Positions 34,565 through 44,537 are shown, numbered from the stretch's first letter. The stretch is DNA of 57,387 nucleotides from an uncultured Acidimicrobiaceae bacterium (GCA_964505525.1 CAZDIQ010000002.1:1-57387), one strand, 5' to 3'. Made by a program: numbers and translations. The notes: generated by a model from the sequence alone, not told the origin.

Positions 34565-35794
34565 TTACCAGACCACCGGGAGTTCCTGTGGGCCAGCTTG
34601 GCTTTCGAAGTCAGGGTGCATCGGCACATCATCGATCGGTACGGCGAGGTCGAGGCTGGGGAATCGTTTAGCGATTGCCCTCAGACTGACCTCGAGTTCC
34701 AGACGCGCGAGATGTTGACCGAGGCAGACATGGATGCCGTGGCCGAACGCCACGTGGCCCGCTGCGCCGCGGAGAAAGTCGAGTTCGTTTGGCCTCTCGA
34801 ACATCGCGGGATCGCGATTGGCTGCGACGAGGGAAACCGTGATGCTTTCGCCAGCTCGAATCGTGGCATCACCGACGTCGATGTCCTCAGTCGCAGTGCG
34901 CGTCAGTGCTCCGATCTGGAATGTCGTCAGAAATCGGAGCAATTCCTCGACGACCGGCAAAGTAGCGTTCGAGTCCTCTCGCAGATGGTCCCATCGGCTC
35001 CGGTCGGCCAGCAGTGCGTACAACCCGAACCCGATCATGTTCGCGACAGTTTGGTGTCCGGCGGCCACCAAGAGAACCGCAACACCGACAAGCTCATCCT
35101 CGGAGAGACTTCCCTCGATTGCAAGGCGAGGTATCAATGCCTCCTGCGGGAGGCTCGCGGCATTGTGTGCGAGGTTGTACATGAACTCGGTGAATTCCCC
35201 ATACGCATCAGCGAGGTCGTCAGGCTCCGTGCGAGGGTCCTCGAGGATGGTGCTCCACGCCTGGAAGTGGTCGCGCACATCATGTGGGACTCCGAGAATT
35301 TCACAGATCACGAGCGATGGAATGGGCAGGGCGTAGAGTTCGACCAGGTCAGCTGGGGCCCCGTGCTGCTCGAGGACGTCGAGCTGGTGGGCGACGATGG
35401 ATTTGACCGACGGCCGCATGTGCTCGATCTTGCCGGGAGTGAACTCGCTCGCCAACATTCTTCGGAAGCGCGTGTGATCGGGCGGGTCCATGTTGAGGAA
35501 GTTGCCCGCGTAGCCAGAGGCCACACGTCTGTTGCCCTCGGCGGCAAGACGCGCGAACGCAATCTGCCGTACCGGGTTGTCTACGGGAGCTCGGTACATC
35601 GAATCGCGGATTGAGATTCGCTTGTCCGCGAGGATTGCTCGGGCGAGCGAATGGTTCGTGACGAGCCAGCCGAGATGTCCGTCCGGGTACAGGAGTCTTC
35701 TCAGCGGGGCGTTGGTTCGAAACTCGTCCAACTCCGAGGGTGGATCGAGCGGGTACGGGCGCGCCGTTGGCAGAATCACGTCTGTATCTGTCAT
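34565..35794 (-). CDS. Cytochrome P450
   Basis: Heme-thiolate motif FGHGIHVCLGQHLAR, EELLR (ExxR) and I-helix LLVAAGHQTV. The start is moved to ATG 35794 (MTDTDVILP...). Confidence 0.88.
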   Translation of the reverse strand: MTDTDVILPTARPYPLDPPSELDEFRTNAPLRRLLYPDGHLGWLVTNHSLARAILADKRISIRDSMYRAPVDNPVRQIAFARLAAEGNRRVASGYAGNFLNMDPPDHTRFRRMLASEFTPGKIEHMRPSVKSIVAHQLDVLEQHGAPADLVELYALPIPSLVICEILGVPHDVRDHFQAWSTILEDPRTEPDDLADAYGEFTEFMYNLAHNAASLPQEALIPRLAIEGSLSEDELVGVAVLLVAAGHQTVANMIGFGLYALLADRSRWDHLREDSNATLPVVEELLRFLTTFQIGALTRTATEDIDVGDATIRAGESITVSLVAANRDPAMFERPNELDFLRGAAGHVAFGHGIHVCLGQHLARLELEVSLRAIAKRFPSLDLAVPIDDVPMHPDFESQAGPQELPVVW

Positions 35795-35966
35795 TGTCAG
35801 CCTTCGGTCAATGTTGCGAACCGGGAAAGCCATCAAGTAGCATTTCACTGGATGGAATACCGTTTCAAAGTTAGTGCTGCCCGTGTCCCCTGTCAATGTG
35901 GACGGGGCGCTGCGTCGTCCACGGCATCGACCTGATGGGCTACCCGCCGATGACCATGCCAGAACC

Positions 35967-37271
35967 ATGAACGTTCACGAGCCCAGTGCGTTGCGCGATC
36001 TCGTGAGGCACGAGATAGCGCAACGCCGCGAGACTGGCTACCTCACCTCAGGGGTCGAGCAGCGGTTCTCGGAGCTGGGTCTGGGCGACACCGATGGATT
36101 GCGCACCATGTATGAGGAGGTACTCAACCTTGATCCTCCCGTGGACGTCCACTATGAGGAGCCGTCTGATCTGGATTCGATTGTCGGGCTGCTTCCATCG
36201 TCGACGGAGCGGGTCAGCATCCCGACCGACCTGGGTGATCGGATTCACGGAGCGTGGTTGGGGAGGGTCGCGGGGTGCATGCTTGGCAAGCCGGTCGAGG
36301 CTGAACGATGGACTTCGACGTTGTTACGTGAGTATCTAGAACTTGCGGGTGCGTACCCGATCACCGACTACATACCAGCTCTGGATCCGATGCCTGAAGG
36401 GTTCGAATTCCGCGAGAGCTGGCCGCTCACGACGCTCGGGCGTGTTGATGGAAGCGCCCGCGATGACGATATCGATTATACGATCCTTGCATTGCACCTT
36501 CTTGAGTGTCATGGAGCGGACCTCACCACAGCTGATATTGCTCGCTCGTGGCTTGAACTGCTCCCGTATCATCAGGTCTATACCGCCGAGCGAGCGACGT
36601 ATCGGAATCTCGTTCTCGGCGTGGCCGTGTCTGAAGCTGCTGACCACGAGAATCCCTACCGCGAGTGGATCGGTGCACAGATTCGCGGTGACATGTTCGG
36701 TTGGGTCAATCCCGGGTTTCCGCGTAAAGCCGCCATCGATTCCTATCGGGATGCGGCGCTGTCTCATCGTGGGAATGGCATATACGGCGAAATGTGGGTC
36801 GCGGCCCTTTGCGCAGCTGCATTCGTCGAGACGAGTATCCCTGATGCGATCGCGGTATCTCTCCAACACATTCCAGCCCGGTCGCGCCTCTTCGAAGCGG
36901 TTGCCGATGTCATGGAGTTGCACGCTCGAGGTGTCACGTGGGATCGAGCGCTTGCTCATATCCAGGCTCGCTATGGGCACTATTTCATCGTGCACACGGT
37001 CAACAATGCTGCGATTGTGACCGCGGGGCTCCTGTGGGGCGACCACGACTTTGGTAGGACCGTGGGGCTGACGGTCCAAGGGGCATGGGACACCGACTCG
37101 AATGGAGCAACGGCTGGTTCCGTTGCCGGTGCCTTTCTGGGAGCAGCCGGTATTCCGACCCACTTTTCCGGTCCCCTCAACGACACCGTCCGTTCCGCAG
37201 TGTTGGGATTCGATGGATCAAGCATCGCCGATCTTGCCGAGCGGACGTTTCGCTTGGCTGTCGGCCGGTAA
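35967..37271 (+). CDS. ADP-ribosylglycohydrolase-family protein
   Basis: Sequence shows IHGAWLGRVAGCMLGKPVE, DDDIDYT and WDTDSNGATAGSVAGAFLG (di-metal site motifs). The start is set at ATG 35967. Confidence 0.8.
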   Translation: MNVHEPSALRDLVRHEIAQRRETGYLTSGVEQRFSELGLGDTDGLRTMYEEVLNLDPPVDVHYEEPSDLDSIVGLLPSSTERVSIPTDLGDRIHGAWLGRVAGCMLGKPVEAERWTSTLLREYLELAGAYPITDYIPALDPMPEGFEFRESWPLTTLGRVDGSARDDDIDYTILALHLLECHGADLTTADIARSWLELLPYHQVYTAERATYRNLVLGVAVSEAADHENPYREWIGAQIRGDMFGWVNPGFPRKAAIDSYRDAALSHRGNGIYGEMWVAALCAAAFVETSIPDAIAVSLQHIPARSRLFEAVADVMELHARGVTWDRALAHIQARYGHYFIVHTVNNAAIVTAGLLWGDHDFGRTVGLTVQGAWDTDSNGATAGSVAGAFLGAAGIPTHFSGPLNDTVRSAVLGFDGSSIADLAERTFRLAVGR

Positions 37272-37339
37272 GGGCATGGGTAGTGTTTGACGCGCGCCCA
37301 TTGAAATGGCAAGCTGCTATGTGAAATGGTGACCAACCG

Positions 37340-38428
37340 ATGACCCTCGATATCCCATCCGACCTCGCAACGGATTCGCTCCTTGAGGCAATGGCGCAGG
37401 GACGGGCGTTGCCATCGAGGTGGTACACCGACGAGACTGTCTTCCGAATCGAACAGGAACGCATTCTTCGCAAGTCCTGGCAGTTCGCCGCACATAGCGA
37501 GCAGCTCAATGAACCGGGCGATGTTGTCCTGACGGACGTAGGTGGCGTCCCGATTGTCCTCACTCGATCCTCCGACGGTATCCACGGGTTCATAAACATC
37601 TGCCGGCATCGTGCCCACCCAGTAGTCGTGGAGGAGGGTCGCCGGGTCCGAGAAACCCTCCAGTGCATGTACCACGGATGGACGTACGGATTCGACGGGA
37701 CGCTGCTTCGCGCTCCCAGAGCGGAGAGCGAGTCGATGCAGATCGAGCCAGCCGACTGCTCATTGATGCCGGTCCAAACCCATATCTGGGGACCCACGAT
37801 CTGGGTCAACGTGGACATGACCGGTCCCACATTCTCAGAGTGGGCGCCTGGGTTGGCCGAATCGGTGGAGTCCAATGGTATTGATGTTGACGATCATGTG
37901 TTTGCGTTTGAACGCACGTTCGAAGTGCACTCGAACTGGAAGGTGTTCCTGGACAACGCAATCGAGTGCTATCACTGCCCGACATGTCATAGCCAACTCA
38001 GCTCTGTGCTCGTGATGAACCCACATCGACAGAAGCTCACGATTGGGGGACGGTTCTGGAGCACGCACCAAATCCCGTTCCGCGACGACGAACGGCAATA
38101 CTTTTTCCACTGGATTTTCCCCACCACCTACTTCCAGTACGCCGGCGCCGGCTTTGACATCGGAGCAATAGAGATTGTCGGCGTCGACAGCATCATCTTT
38201 CGCTCGGTCACGTTCGTCCCCTCGGGAACGACCGAGTCCGCAATCAATGACCTTGCGCTCAAGCTTGACGCGAGTCCGACGATCCACGAGGACGTTGCAA
38301 TCTGTGAACGGGTTCAGAAAGCACACGCCGTGGATGTAGCGCCGCCGGGTCGCTTGCTGCCAGGTAGTGAGCAGTTGGTTCTGCACTATCAGAAGGCGAT
38401 TCTCGAGATGATCGGTTCTGGCCGCTGA
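37340..38428 (+). CDS. Rieske [2Fe-2S] non-heme iron oxygenase, alpha-subunit type
   Basis: Rieske motif CRHRAHP-x16-CMYHGWTY and a mononuclear-iron region NAIECYHCPTCH. Confidence 0.85.
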   Translation: MTLDIPSDLATDSLLEAMAQGRALPSRWYTDETVFRIEQERILRKSWQFAAHSEQLNEPGDVVLTDVGGVPIVLTRSSDGIHGFINICRHRAHPVVVEEGRRVRETLQCMYHGWTYGFDGTLLRAPRAESESMQIEPADCSLMPVQTHIWGPTIWVNVDMTGPTFSEWAPGLAESVESNGIDVDDHVFAFERTFEVHSNWKVFLDNAIECYHCPTCHSQLSSVLVMNPHRQKLTIGGRFWSTHQIPFRDDERQYFFHWIFPTTYFQYAGAGFDIGAIEIVGVDSIIFRSVTFVPSGTTESAINDLALKLDASPTIHEDVAICERVQKAHAVDVAPPGRLLPGSEQLVLHYQKAILEMIGSGR

Positions 38429-38470
38429 GGTGATCCTCCGCATCGACGACCGCGACGACACACCGGGTGC

Positions 38471-39766
38471 GTGGTGACTCCTGACACTGTCGATGTGGTC
38501 GTGGTGGGCGGAGGAATCGTTGGGGTTGCCTCTGCTTACTACCTCGCCAAGAGGGGTGTCAGCGTTGCTTTGGTGGAACGTGGCCACATCGGGTGCGAAC
38601 AGTCGAGTCGCAACTGGGGTTTTGTCAGGCAGCAGGGCAGGCACCCGATTGAAATTCCGCTCGTGATGGAGTCCAACAGGATGTGGCGGACACTTGGCGA
38701 GGAACTCAGGGCCGACATTGAATGGGTCCAAGGGGGCAATCTGGCGTTGGCATCGGACGAGGGTCGCTTGGCAGCCTTTGAGGGATGGGCCCGGCTTGCC
38801 GGAACCTTCGGACTCGATACGGTGATCCTCTCACGGTCCGAATTGGCGACTGAGTTCGCCTCGATTCGGGGCGAGTTCGTTGGTGCGATGTTCACACCGA
38901 GCGATGGCCATGCCAATCCGCGCGCCGTTTCACCGGCTTTCGCCGCCGCGGCTCAACGGCTGGGAGCACACATCATCACCGCCCAAGCCGCTGAGCGGAT
39001 CCTTGTTGAGGACTCGACCGTCGTCGGCATCGCTACGGAAGACTCCACGATCCGAGCTCGCTGGGTGATATGTGCGGCAGGCGCGTTGTCGTCGAAGTTG
39101 CTGCGTACTGTCGGTCTGAACCTGCCCCAGCGAGTGGTGAGGGCGACGGTAGCCGAGACCGAGAGCGTGGAGACAGTCACTCGGTCGGCGGTGTGGGCAG
39201 ATGAGGTTTCGATGAGCCAACGACGTGACGGTCGAATCGTCTTCGCGGCAGGTGCCAGTGCCGACTACGACCTGACCCTTGATGTGTTCCGCAATCTGGG
39301 GTTCTTCATGCCGAACTATCGCAAGAATCGTGCTCTGTTTCGTTTCAACATCGGTACAGCGTTCGGCGATGCCGTCCACGAGATGATTCCCTGGTCGGAT
39401 CGTTCGAAGCACCCGTTCAGCTTCAGGCACGCAATCGAGCCATTGCCGAATGTCAAACGCGTGGAACGTGGGGTTGTAGCGCTAGAACGGTTGTTCCCAG
39501 CCATTGCACCCGTGAGGGTTGCACGTCAGTGGGCAGGCAACGTTGATGCCACCCCCGATGCTGTGCCGGTGATTGACGCACTCGACGCACCGCGCGGGCT
39601 CGTGATCGCCACCGGATTCTCGGGTCACGGTTTCGCCCTGGGCCCCGTGGCAGGACGCGTGGTGTCCGAACTCGTCGTCGATGGTGAGGCATCGCTCGAC
39701 ATTTCCGGGTTCCGATTCTCTCGCTTTGTCGAGCGCGACCTGGTGCCGGCACGCTCGGTGTTGTGA
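38471..39766 (+). CDS. FAD-dependent oxidoreductase (DAO family; sarcosine/opine/D-amino-acid oxidase-like)
   Basis: N-terminal VVVVGGGIVGVASAYYLAKRG dinucleotide fold and a DAO-family layout. GTG start. Confidence 0.82.
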   Translation: MVTPDTVDVVVVGGGIVGVASAYYLAKRGVSVALVERGHIGCEQSSRNWGFVRQQGRHPIEIPLVMESNRMWRTLGEELRADIEWVQGGNLALASDEGRLAAFEGWARLAGTFGLDTVILSRSELATEFASIRGEFVGAMFTPSDGHANPRAVSPAFAAAAQRLGAHIITAQAAERILVEDSTVVGIATEDSTIRARWVICAAGALSSKLLRTVGLNLPQRVVRATVAETESVETVTRSAVWADEVSMSQRRDGRIVFAAGASADYDLTLDVFRNLGFFMPNYRKNRALFRFNIGTAFGDAVHEMIPWSDRSKHPFSFRHAIEPLPNVKRVERGVVALERLFPAIAPVRVARQWAGNVDATPDAVPVIDALDAPRGLVIATGFSGHGFALGPVAGRVVSELVVDGEASLDISGFRFSRFVERDLVPARSVL

Positions 39767-39859
39767 CGGCCGAGACACGTCAATGGACTTCTGCGCACCG
39801 CGGTATGTCAGTGGTGCAGTCGAGTTCCCGTGCGCTGACGAGATTCGCCCCGGTTCAGC

Positions 39860-42154
39860 TCACTCTGGTGGCGTGATGACCAGCGTCACTGGGTGTCGGG
39901 GCGGAAGTGATACGTCGATCGCAAGCGCACCGTTTGTGAATGTGGCCGTACCGATCCCTGAGGCCGTCTCTACAACCCCGTCACGGACCCCCCAACCAGC
40001 GGGATGGGTCGTGCTTGTCAATTGCGTCACTGTTTCACCGAGATTCAAGAGGAAGACGCCGATGGTTCCATCCTTTGCCATCCACGCGCTCGACAGAATC
40101 TGGGGTACATCCCAGGCGCCTGAGCGTGTCACTCCGGTAACCACCGGATTCTTCCGCTGATAGTCGAGACTGATCGACGGCGAGTCGATTTCAGGCGGAG
40201 GAATCATTCGACCGTAGGCGAGGTACTTGTTTCCTTCACCCGTTCGCAGTGCACTCACAATCCGCACAAAATCGAGATGACCGGGCTCGACGGGGCGAAG
40301 GTCGTCGAATGTGTGTAGTCCGCCGTCCCAAGAAATGACTGCACTCGTGTCGGATGTCGGAATCAGTTCCGGTGGATTGTTTGCGTAGTGCATTGAGAAC
40401 ACACCACCCCACAAGAGCGCGATTCGACCCACAACCCAGTAGAACAGGTCACCGAACGTTTCGTCCAGCGTGAGCCAGCCATCCTCGTGGACCGGACCGA
40501 CGTCGTGATAGATGGCTTGGAACAGTGGGACGAGGTCGCGGCCAGTCCCTGGCGGCAGTTCGGGTCCAAGCGTGAGGGCCTCAAGACCTCCGAGGGGCCC
40601 CGCACCTGCGCGCGAGACATAGAAGTCGATGTCCTGGATCACATGCTCGACGATTGTCTCGACACCCTGCGCGGGGATCCGCCCGGTCGCATCCGTCATT
40701 GCGGCACGCGAGATTCTGTTGTTCTCGGCGTAGGCACGCAGAACATCTCGGCTCCAGCCCGGTGTGTGGCCGTGCTCATCACGGAGACACCTCGCGGCGA
40801 AGGGATTGCCTGACGAAATGTCATAGAACACACCGGCCAAGTCATGGTCACCCACGAGGCGGGAGTCCCGCCAAGCGTGAAAATCACGCTGGATCTCCGT
40901 CGATGGACACACAAAGAAGTCGATGTCCGACATGACCTTGGGATCTCCCGGACTCGAGCGCTTGTCGATGTAGGCGGGTGATCGTTCGGCAAACACCGTG
41001 AATGCGAACGTCTTGTAAGGGAAGACCAGATTCGGCTCCCAGTTCTCAAGGAAGTCGGGAGCCTGAACGGAAATGAATAGGTCGTTCAGGTATGGAGTGA
41101 CATAGTGGTCGGCCCATGCTTGAAGGTTGGCTTTGTGGAAGTTCGCGGGGAACCAACCTTCCTTGCCGACGTAGTGGGGGCGGGTCCGTGGCCAGTCCCA
41201 ACCAGAAACGATGTGCAGTGTGCTGTTGGTCGCTTCAGCGAGGTACCGATACCGATCAGACCAGTCCAACGATGACGGTGTACCCCAAATCGAGAGGCCG
41301 ATCTCTTCGAAGAGCCACTTCGGGCGGTCGATGCCGACACGTCCAAGGTTTTCGCCCGCCGAGGACCACGGTGCTGTCAAGGCCCACTTGCGATAGATTT
41401 CTGCGGCTTCGTACCAATCACCGCGTTCGAGGAGGGAAACGACGACAGGGTAGTCGAGATGTAGGTCCGTGCCCCTCCTCAAATCCCATGCGTCGTGCCG
41501 GACGGACCACTCCTCTGGTCCGAACATGAGCTGTTTGTGTGTCACATGCGGGTCGTGGCATGCCAAAGACAGCCCACCCGCGGCTGGTGAGTAATACGCC
41601 ATCATCTGCACTGAGCATCCGTGATAGCCGTCGGGATATGGCGCTTCAGTGACCGTGGCGAGCGGGTCCGACACAAGCCAGCCGGAGTGTGCTGGGAACA
41701 AGAGTCGGTCGTCGGACCCGAGCGGATTGGGATGAAGCACGGGGTACACGAAGTGTGCTGGTGGGCTGACTGACTCCGAGACATGCACATGGGGCCAAAA
41801 CATCAGGTCACCATCGTCATTGAACGTCAATCGAACGGTCACGTGGACGCCCTCGTGTGATGTTGTCCACTTGAGACTGACGCCCGTTGCGTCAAGATCC
41901 CACGTGAATTCCGCCGGTACGATCTCGGCGAGATGGAGATCGGGAGCGCTCGCCGCGTTCGCCCATGTGCTCAAGGTTGTGCCTTGTTGGATGAGACGCC
42001 ACGGTATGGACTGGCCGCCGTTGGCAAAGATGATGCCGCTGGCCACGCTTTCGATTCTGGTGATCGCGCCGGTGGTGGTGTCGAGCGCAACGATTAACCG
42101 GTCGCTCGAGCACACGAGGTGGTTCCCCTGATGGACGACGGTTGGTGGTGTCAT
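39860..42154 (-). CDS. Large uncharacterised cytoplasmic protein, paralog family copy 3 of 4 (764 aa)
   Basis: Same conserved blocks: YPDGYHGCS, GGLSLACHDP, FFVCPSTE...HAWRD, GVFYDISSGN, RCLRDEHGHTPG, QGVETI and IDFYVSRAGAGP. The ATG overlaps the stop of the upstream acyl-CoA synthetase gene (ATGA). Confidence 0.85.
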   Translation of the reverse strand: MTPPTVVHQGNHLVCSSDRLIVALDTTTGAITRIESVASGIIFANGGQSIPWRLIQQGTTLSTWANAASAPDLHLAEIVPAEFTWDLDATGVSLKWTTSHEGVHVTVRLTFNDDGDLMFWPHVHVSESVSPPAHFVYPVLHPNPLGSDDRLLFPAHSGWLVSDPLATVTEAPYPDGYHGCSVQMMAYYSPAAGGLSLACHDPHVTHKQLMFGPEEWSVRHDAWDLRRGTDLHLDYPVVVSLLERGDWYEAAEIYRKWALTAPWSSAGENLGRVGIDRPKWLFEEIGLSIWGTPSSLDWSDRYRYLAEATNSTLHIVSGWDWPRTRPHYVGKEGWFPANFHKANLQAWADHYVTPYLNDLFISVQAPDFLENWEPNLVFPYKTFAFTVFAERSPAYIDKRSSPGDPKVMSDIDFFVCPSTEIQRDFHAWRDSRLVGDHDLAGVFYDISSGNPFAARCLRDEHGHTPGWSRDVLRAYAENNRISRAAMTDATGRIPAQGVETIVEHVIQDIDFYVSRAGAGPLGGLEALTLGPELPPGTGRDLVPLFQAIYHDVGPVHEDGWLTLDETFGDLFYWVVGRIALLWGGVFSMHYANNPPELIPTSDTSAVISWDGGLHTFDDLRPVEPGHLDFVRIVSALRTGEGNKYLAYGRMIPPPEIDSPSISLDYQRKNPVVTGVTRSGAWDVPQILSSAWMAKDGTIGVFLLNLGETVTQLTSTTHPAGWGVRDGVVETASGIGTATFTNGALAIDVSLPPRHPVTLVITPPE

Positions 42155-43764
42155 GTCTGCTTCAACGCCCTTCTGAGATACTTGCCGGTCGGTGTCTTTG
42201 GAAGCTCGTCGAGGATTTCGACCTGGCGCGGGTACTTGTACGCGGCAAGCCGCTCGCGACAGAACGCGATGAGGTCCTCCGGTGTGGAGGTGGCTTGAGG
42301 TCTGAGCACCACGTACGCCTTTACCGTCTCACCCCGATATTCGTCCGGAACTCCCACGACGATTGCTTCTGCCACGTCGGCGTGCTCGTACAGGACGTCC
42401 TCGACTTCGCGGGGCCATATCTTGAACCCAGACGCATTGATCTGGTCCTTTGCCCGATCAATGACGTAGAACCAGCCACCGTCGTCCATCACACCGATAT
42501 CGCCTGTGAACAGTGATCCTCCCGGGATGGCTCGAGACGATTCATCCGGCCTTTCCCAGTATCCGGGAACTACTCCAGGTCCTTCGATGACGATTTCACC
42601 CTCGGTGCCAGGAGGTGCAGCTTCCCCGGTGTCGAGGTCGCGGATCCATGAATTGACAGATGGCATCGGGATACCGACGCTTATGGCGCCACTTGCGTCC
42701 ACGGGCGCCCGGCTGTGGAGCGGCACGCCGTGGCTGGGTGATGTTGTCTCCGTGAGGCCGTACACATTGTGGATGTACCGACCCGTGGCACGCTCCATCC
42801 TCGCAAGCGTTGCGTTGGCAATCGGTGCACCACCCGATGCGAGTTTCTGCAACGTGGGAGCCCTGTCGTGACTCAACCCACCCTTGTCGATCATCGCGGA
42901 ATACACCGTTATGGAACCAACAGTGAATGTCGCGCCGTACTGCTCCGCTCTCATGACCGCATCAACTGGATCGAATCGATGCAGAAGAACCAATTGTGCG
43001 GAGGCGTACCAGCTCACAGCGGTGTGAAGAACTAGGCCCGTGATATGGAACAACGGTGCAACTGCAAGAATCACGTCGTTGTCGTCAAGCTCGTACCAGA
43101 CCGAAGCCATGGCGGCGTTCCAGGCGATGTTCCCATGGGTGTTCATTGCCCCCTTGGGCGTTCCCGTTGTGCCAGATGTGTAGGTGAGCACCGCCACGTC
43201 CGACGGTTTCGGGTCAACCGGTGGCGGTTTGGCGGTGGCTTGTGCCGTGATTGTTTCGGTGTAGCCGAATGTCCGCACTCCCACCAGTGCGTCGACTGCC
43301 TCGCCATTCGTCAGGACGATGGTTGACACCCGAGAACCGTCGAATGCTGTGGGACCGAGATTCCGAATGATGTCTGCATCCCCCACCAGCGCCGTGATAC
43401 CCGAATCGAGCGCGTGGTAACCGATTTCGCGGTCCTTGAACATCGGGTTGAGGGTTACCGCGATTGCTCCCGCTTTCCAAATCGCAAGCAGCGCGACAAT
43501 CCACTCGGGGTCGTTCTGTAGGAGGATGCCAACCCGGTCACCGGTTGTTACCCCGAAGTCCCTCAGCCCACAAGCAAGGGCATCGGAATCCTTGTCGATC
43601 TCGACCCACGAGGTCCCACCGCTCGGCGAGTGAATGTACAGGCCCGTGGAGCCTCGAGCGACGGCTCGTCTCCACAGCTGCAGGGCTGTCTGGGTCCGAT
43701 CGGTCGGCCACGGTGCATCCGGGCGGTAGTGGCGCTGCCACGGGTGAACGGCGTGGGAACTCAT
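42151..43764 (-). CDS. AMP-dependent synthetase/ligase (acyl-CoA synthetase family)
   Basis: AMP-binding motif LTYTSGTTGTPKGAM, then GEIVIEGPGVVPGYW, FTGDIG and the C-terminal PKTPTGK. Confidence 0.88.
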   Translation of the reverse strand: MSSHAVHPWQRHYRPDAPWPTDRTQTALQLWRRAVARGSTGLYIHSPSGGTSWVEIDKDSDALACGLRDFGVTTGDRVGILLQNDPEWIVALLAIWKAGAIAVTLNPMFKDREIGYHALDSGITALVGDADIIRNLGPTAFDGSRVSTIVLTNGEAVDALVGVRTFGYTETITAQATAKPPPVDPKPSDVAVLTYTSGTTGTPKGAMNTHGNIAWNAAMASVWYELDDNDVILAVAPLFHITGLVLHTAVSWYASAQLVLLHRFDPVDAVMRAEQYGATFTVGSITVYSAMIDKGGLSHDRAPTLQKLASGGAPIANATLARMERATGRYIHNVYGLTETTSPSHGVPLHSRAPVDASGAISVGIPMPSVNSWIRDLDTGEAAPPGTEGEIVIEGPGVVPGYWERPDESSRAIPGGSLFTGDIGVMDDGGWFYVIDRAKDQINASGFKIWPREVEDVLYEHADVAEAIVVGVPDEYRGETVKAYVVLRPQATSTPEDLIAFCRERLAAYKYPRQVEILDELPKTPTGKYLRRALKQT

Positions 43765-44537
43765 CCGCGCTGCGCGCTCGGGCCTTTGGGATCCAGAGCG
43801 CGGTATGCATCTCGAAACGCATCGAGAATCATTGCTGAGTCAGCCGAGAACGCGACGATTGTGGCACCGAGGTCGAACCAATGGTTTGCACGTCTTGCGG
43901 TTGGCGCATAGACGCCAGCAGCGACGCCAGCCGCAGCGCACGCAACAAAGACTTCCTCTATCTTGGCCACGACCTCGGGGTGGTCGGGTTGTCCGGGATG
44001 GCCCATCTCGCCCGACAGGTCTACAGGTCCGACGAAGAGAGCGTCGAGTCCTTCGGTCTCAAGAATTCCCGGAAGGTCGTTGATCGCGTTGGTTCCCTCG
44101 AGCATCCCGATGACGGCCGCTCGTGCATCCACGGATGCAAGATCCCCGACTCTCGATGCGTCGTACGAGGCACCGCGAACGTATGGATTGAGTGATCGCG
44201 TCCCTGCGGTGGGGTACCGCGCTGCACTCACGACGGATCGGGCCGCCGAGGCAGAAGAGACATGCGGGACCATGACTCCGTCAAGCCCTGCGTCGAGCAC
44301 TGAACCGATCAGACTCGATCGCGGCTCGGCGATACGCGCAATCGAGTAGATCCCCGACGCTTTGGCAAAGGCCGCCAGATTCGGGAGATCCGACGTGTCG
44401 GCAGGCCCGTGCTCCATGTCGATGATCACCGCGTCGCATCCGGCAAGTGCAAGCATCTCGATGATCTCGACCCGTGGAATCATGACGAACGAAGCAACAA
44501 TGGGTTCGCCGAGGCCGAGTGCCGATCGCAGGTTCAT
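43761..44537 (-). CDS. HpcH/HpaI-family aldolase (2-keto-3-deoxy-acid aldolase)
   Basis: Sequence shows CDAVIIDMEHGP and GVMVPHV, with typical ~257 aa length. ATGA overlap with the downstream ligase. Confidence 0.85.
   Translation of the reverse strand: MNLRSALGLGEPIVASFVMIPRVEIIEMLALAGCDAVIIDMEHGPADTSDLPNLAAFAKASGIYSIARIAEPRSSLIGSVLDAGLDGVMVPHVSSASAARSVVSAARYPTAGTRSLNPYVRGASYDASRVGDLASVDARAAVIGMLEGTNAINDLPGILETEGLDALFVGPVDLSGEMGHPGQPDHPEVVAKIEEVFVACAAAGVAAGVYAPTARRANHWFDLGATIVAFSADSAMILDAFRDAYRALDPKGPSAQRG

Noticed and set aside
39767-39859. Possible bidirectional terminator between the FAD oxidase and paralog copy 3 (CTGCGCACC...GTGGTGCAG)
   Set aside because: It forms only a ~6-bp imperfect stem with a G-U pair and mismatches, which is too weak to call.
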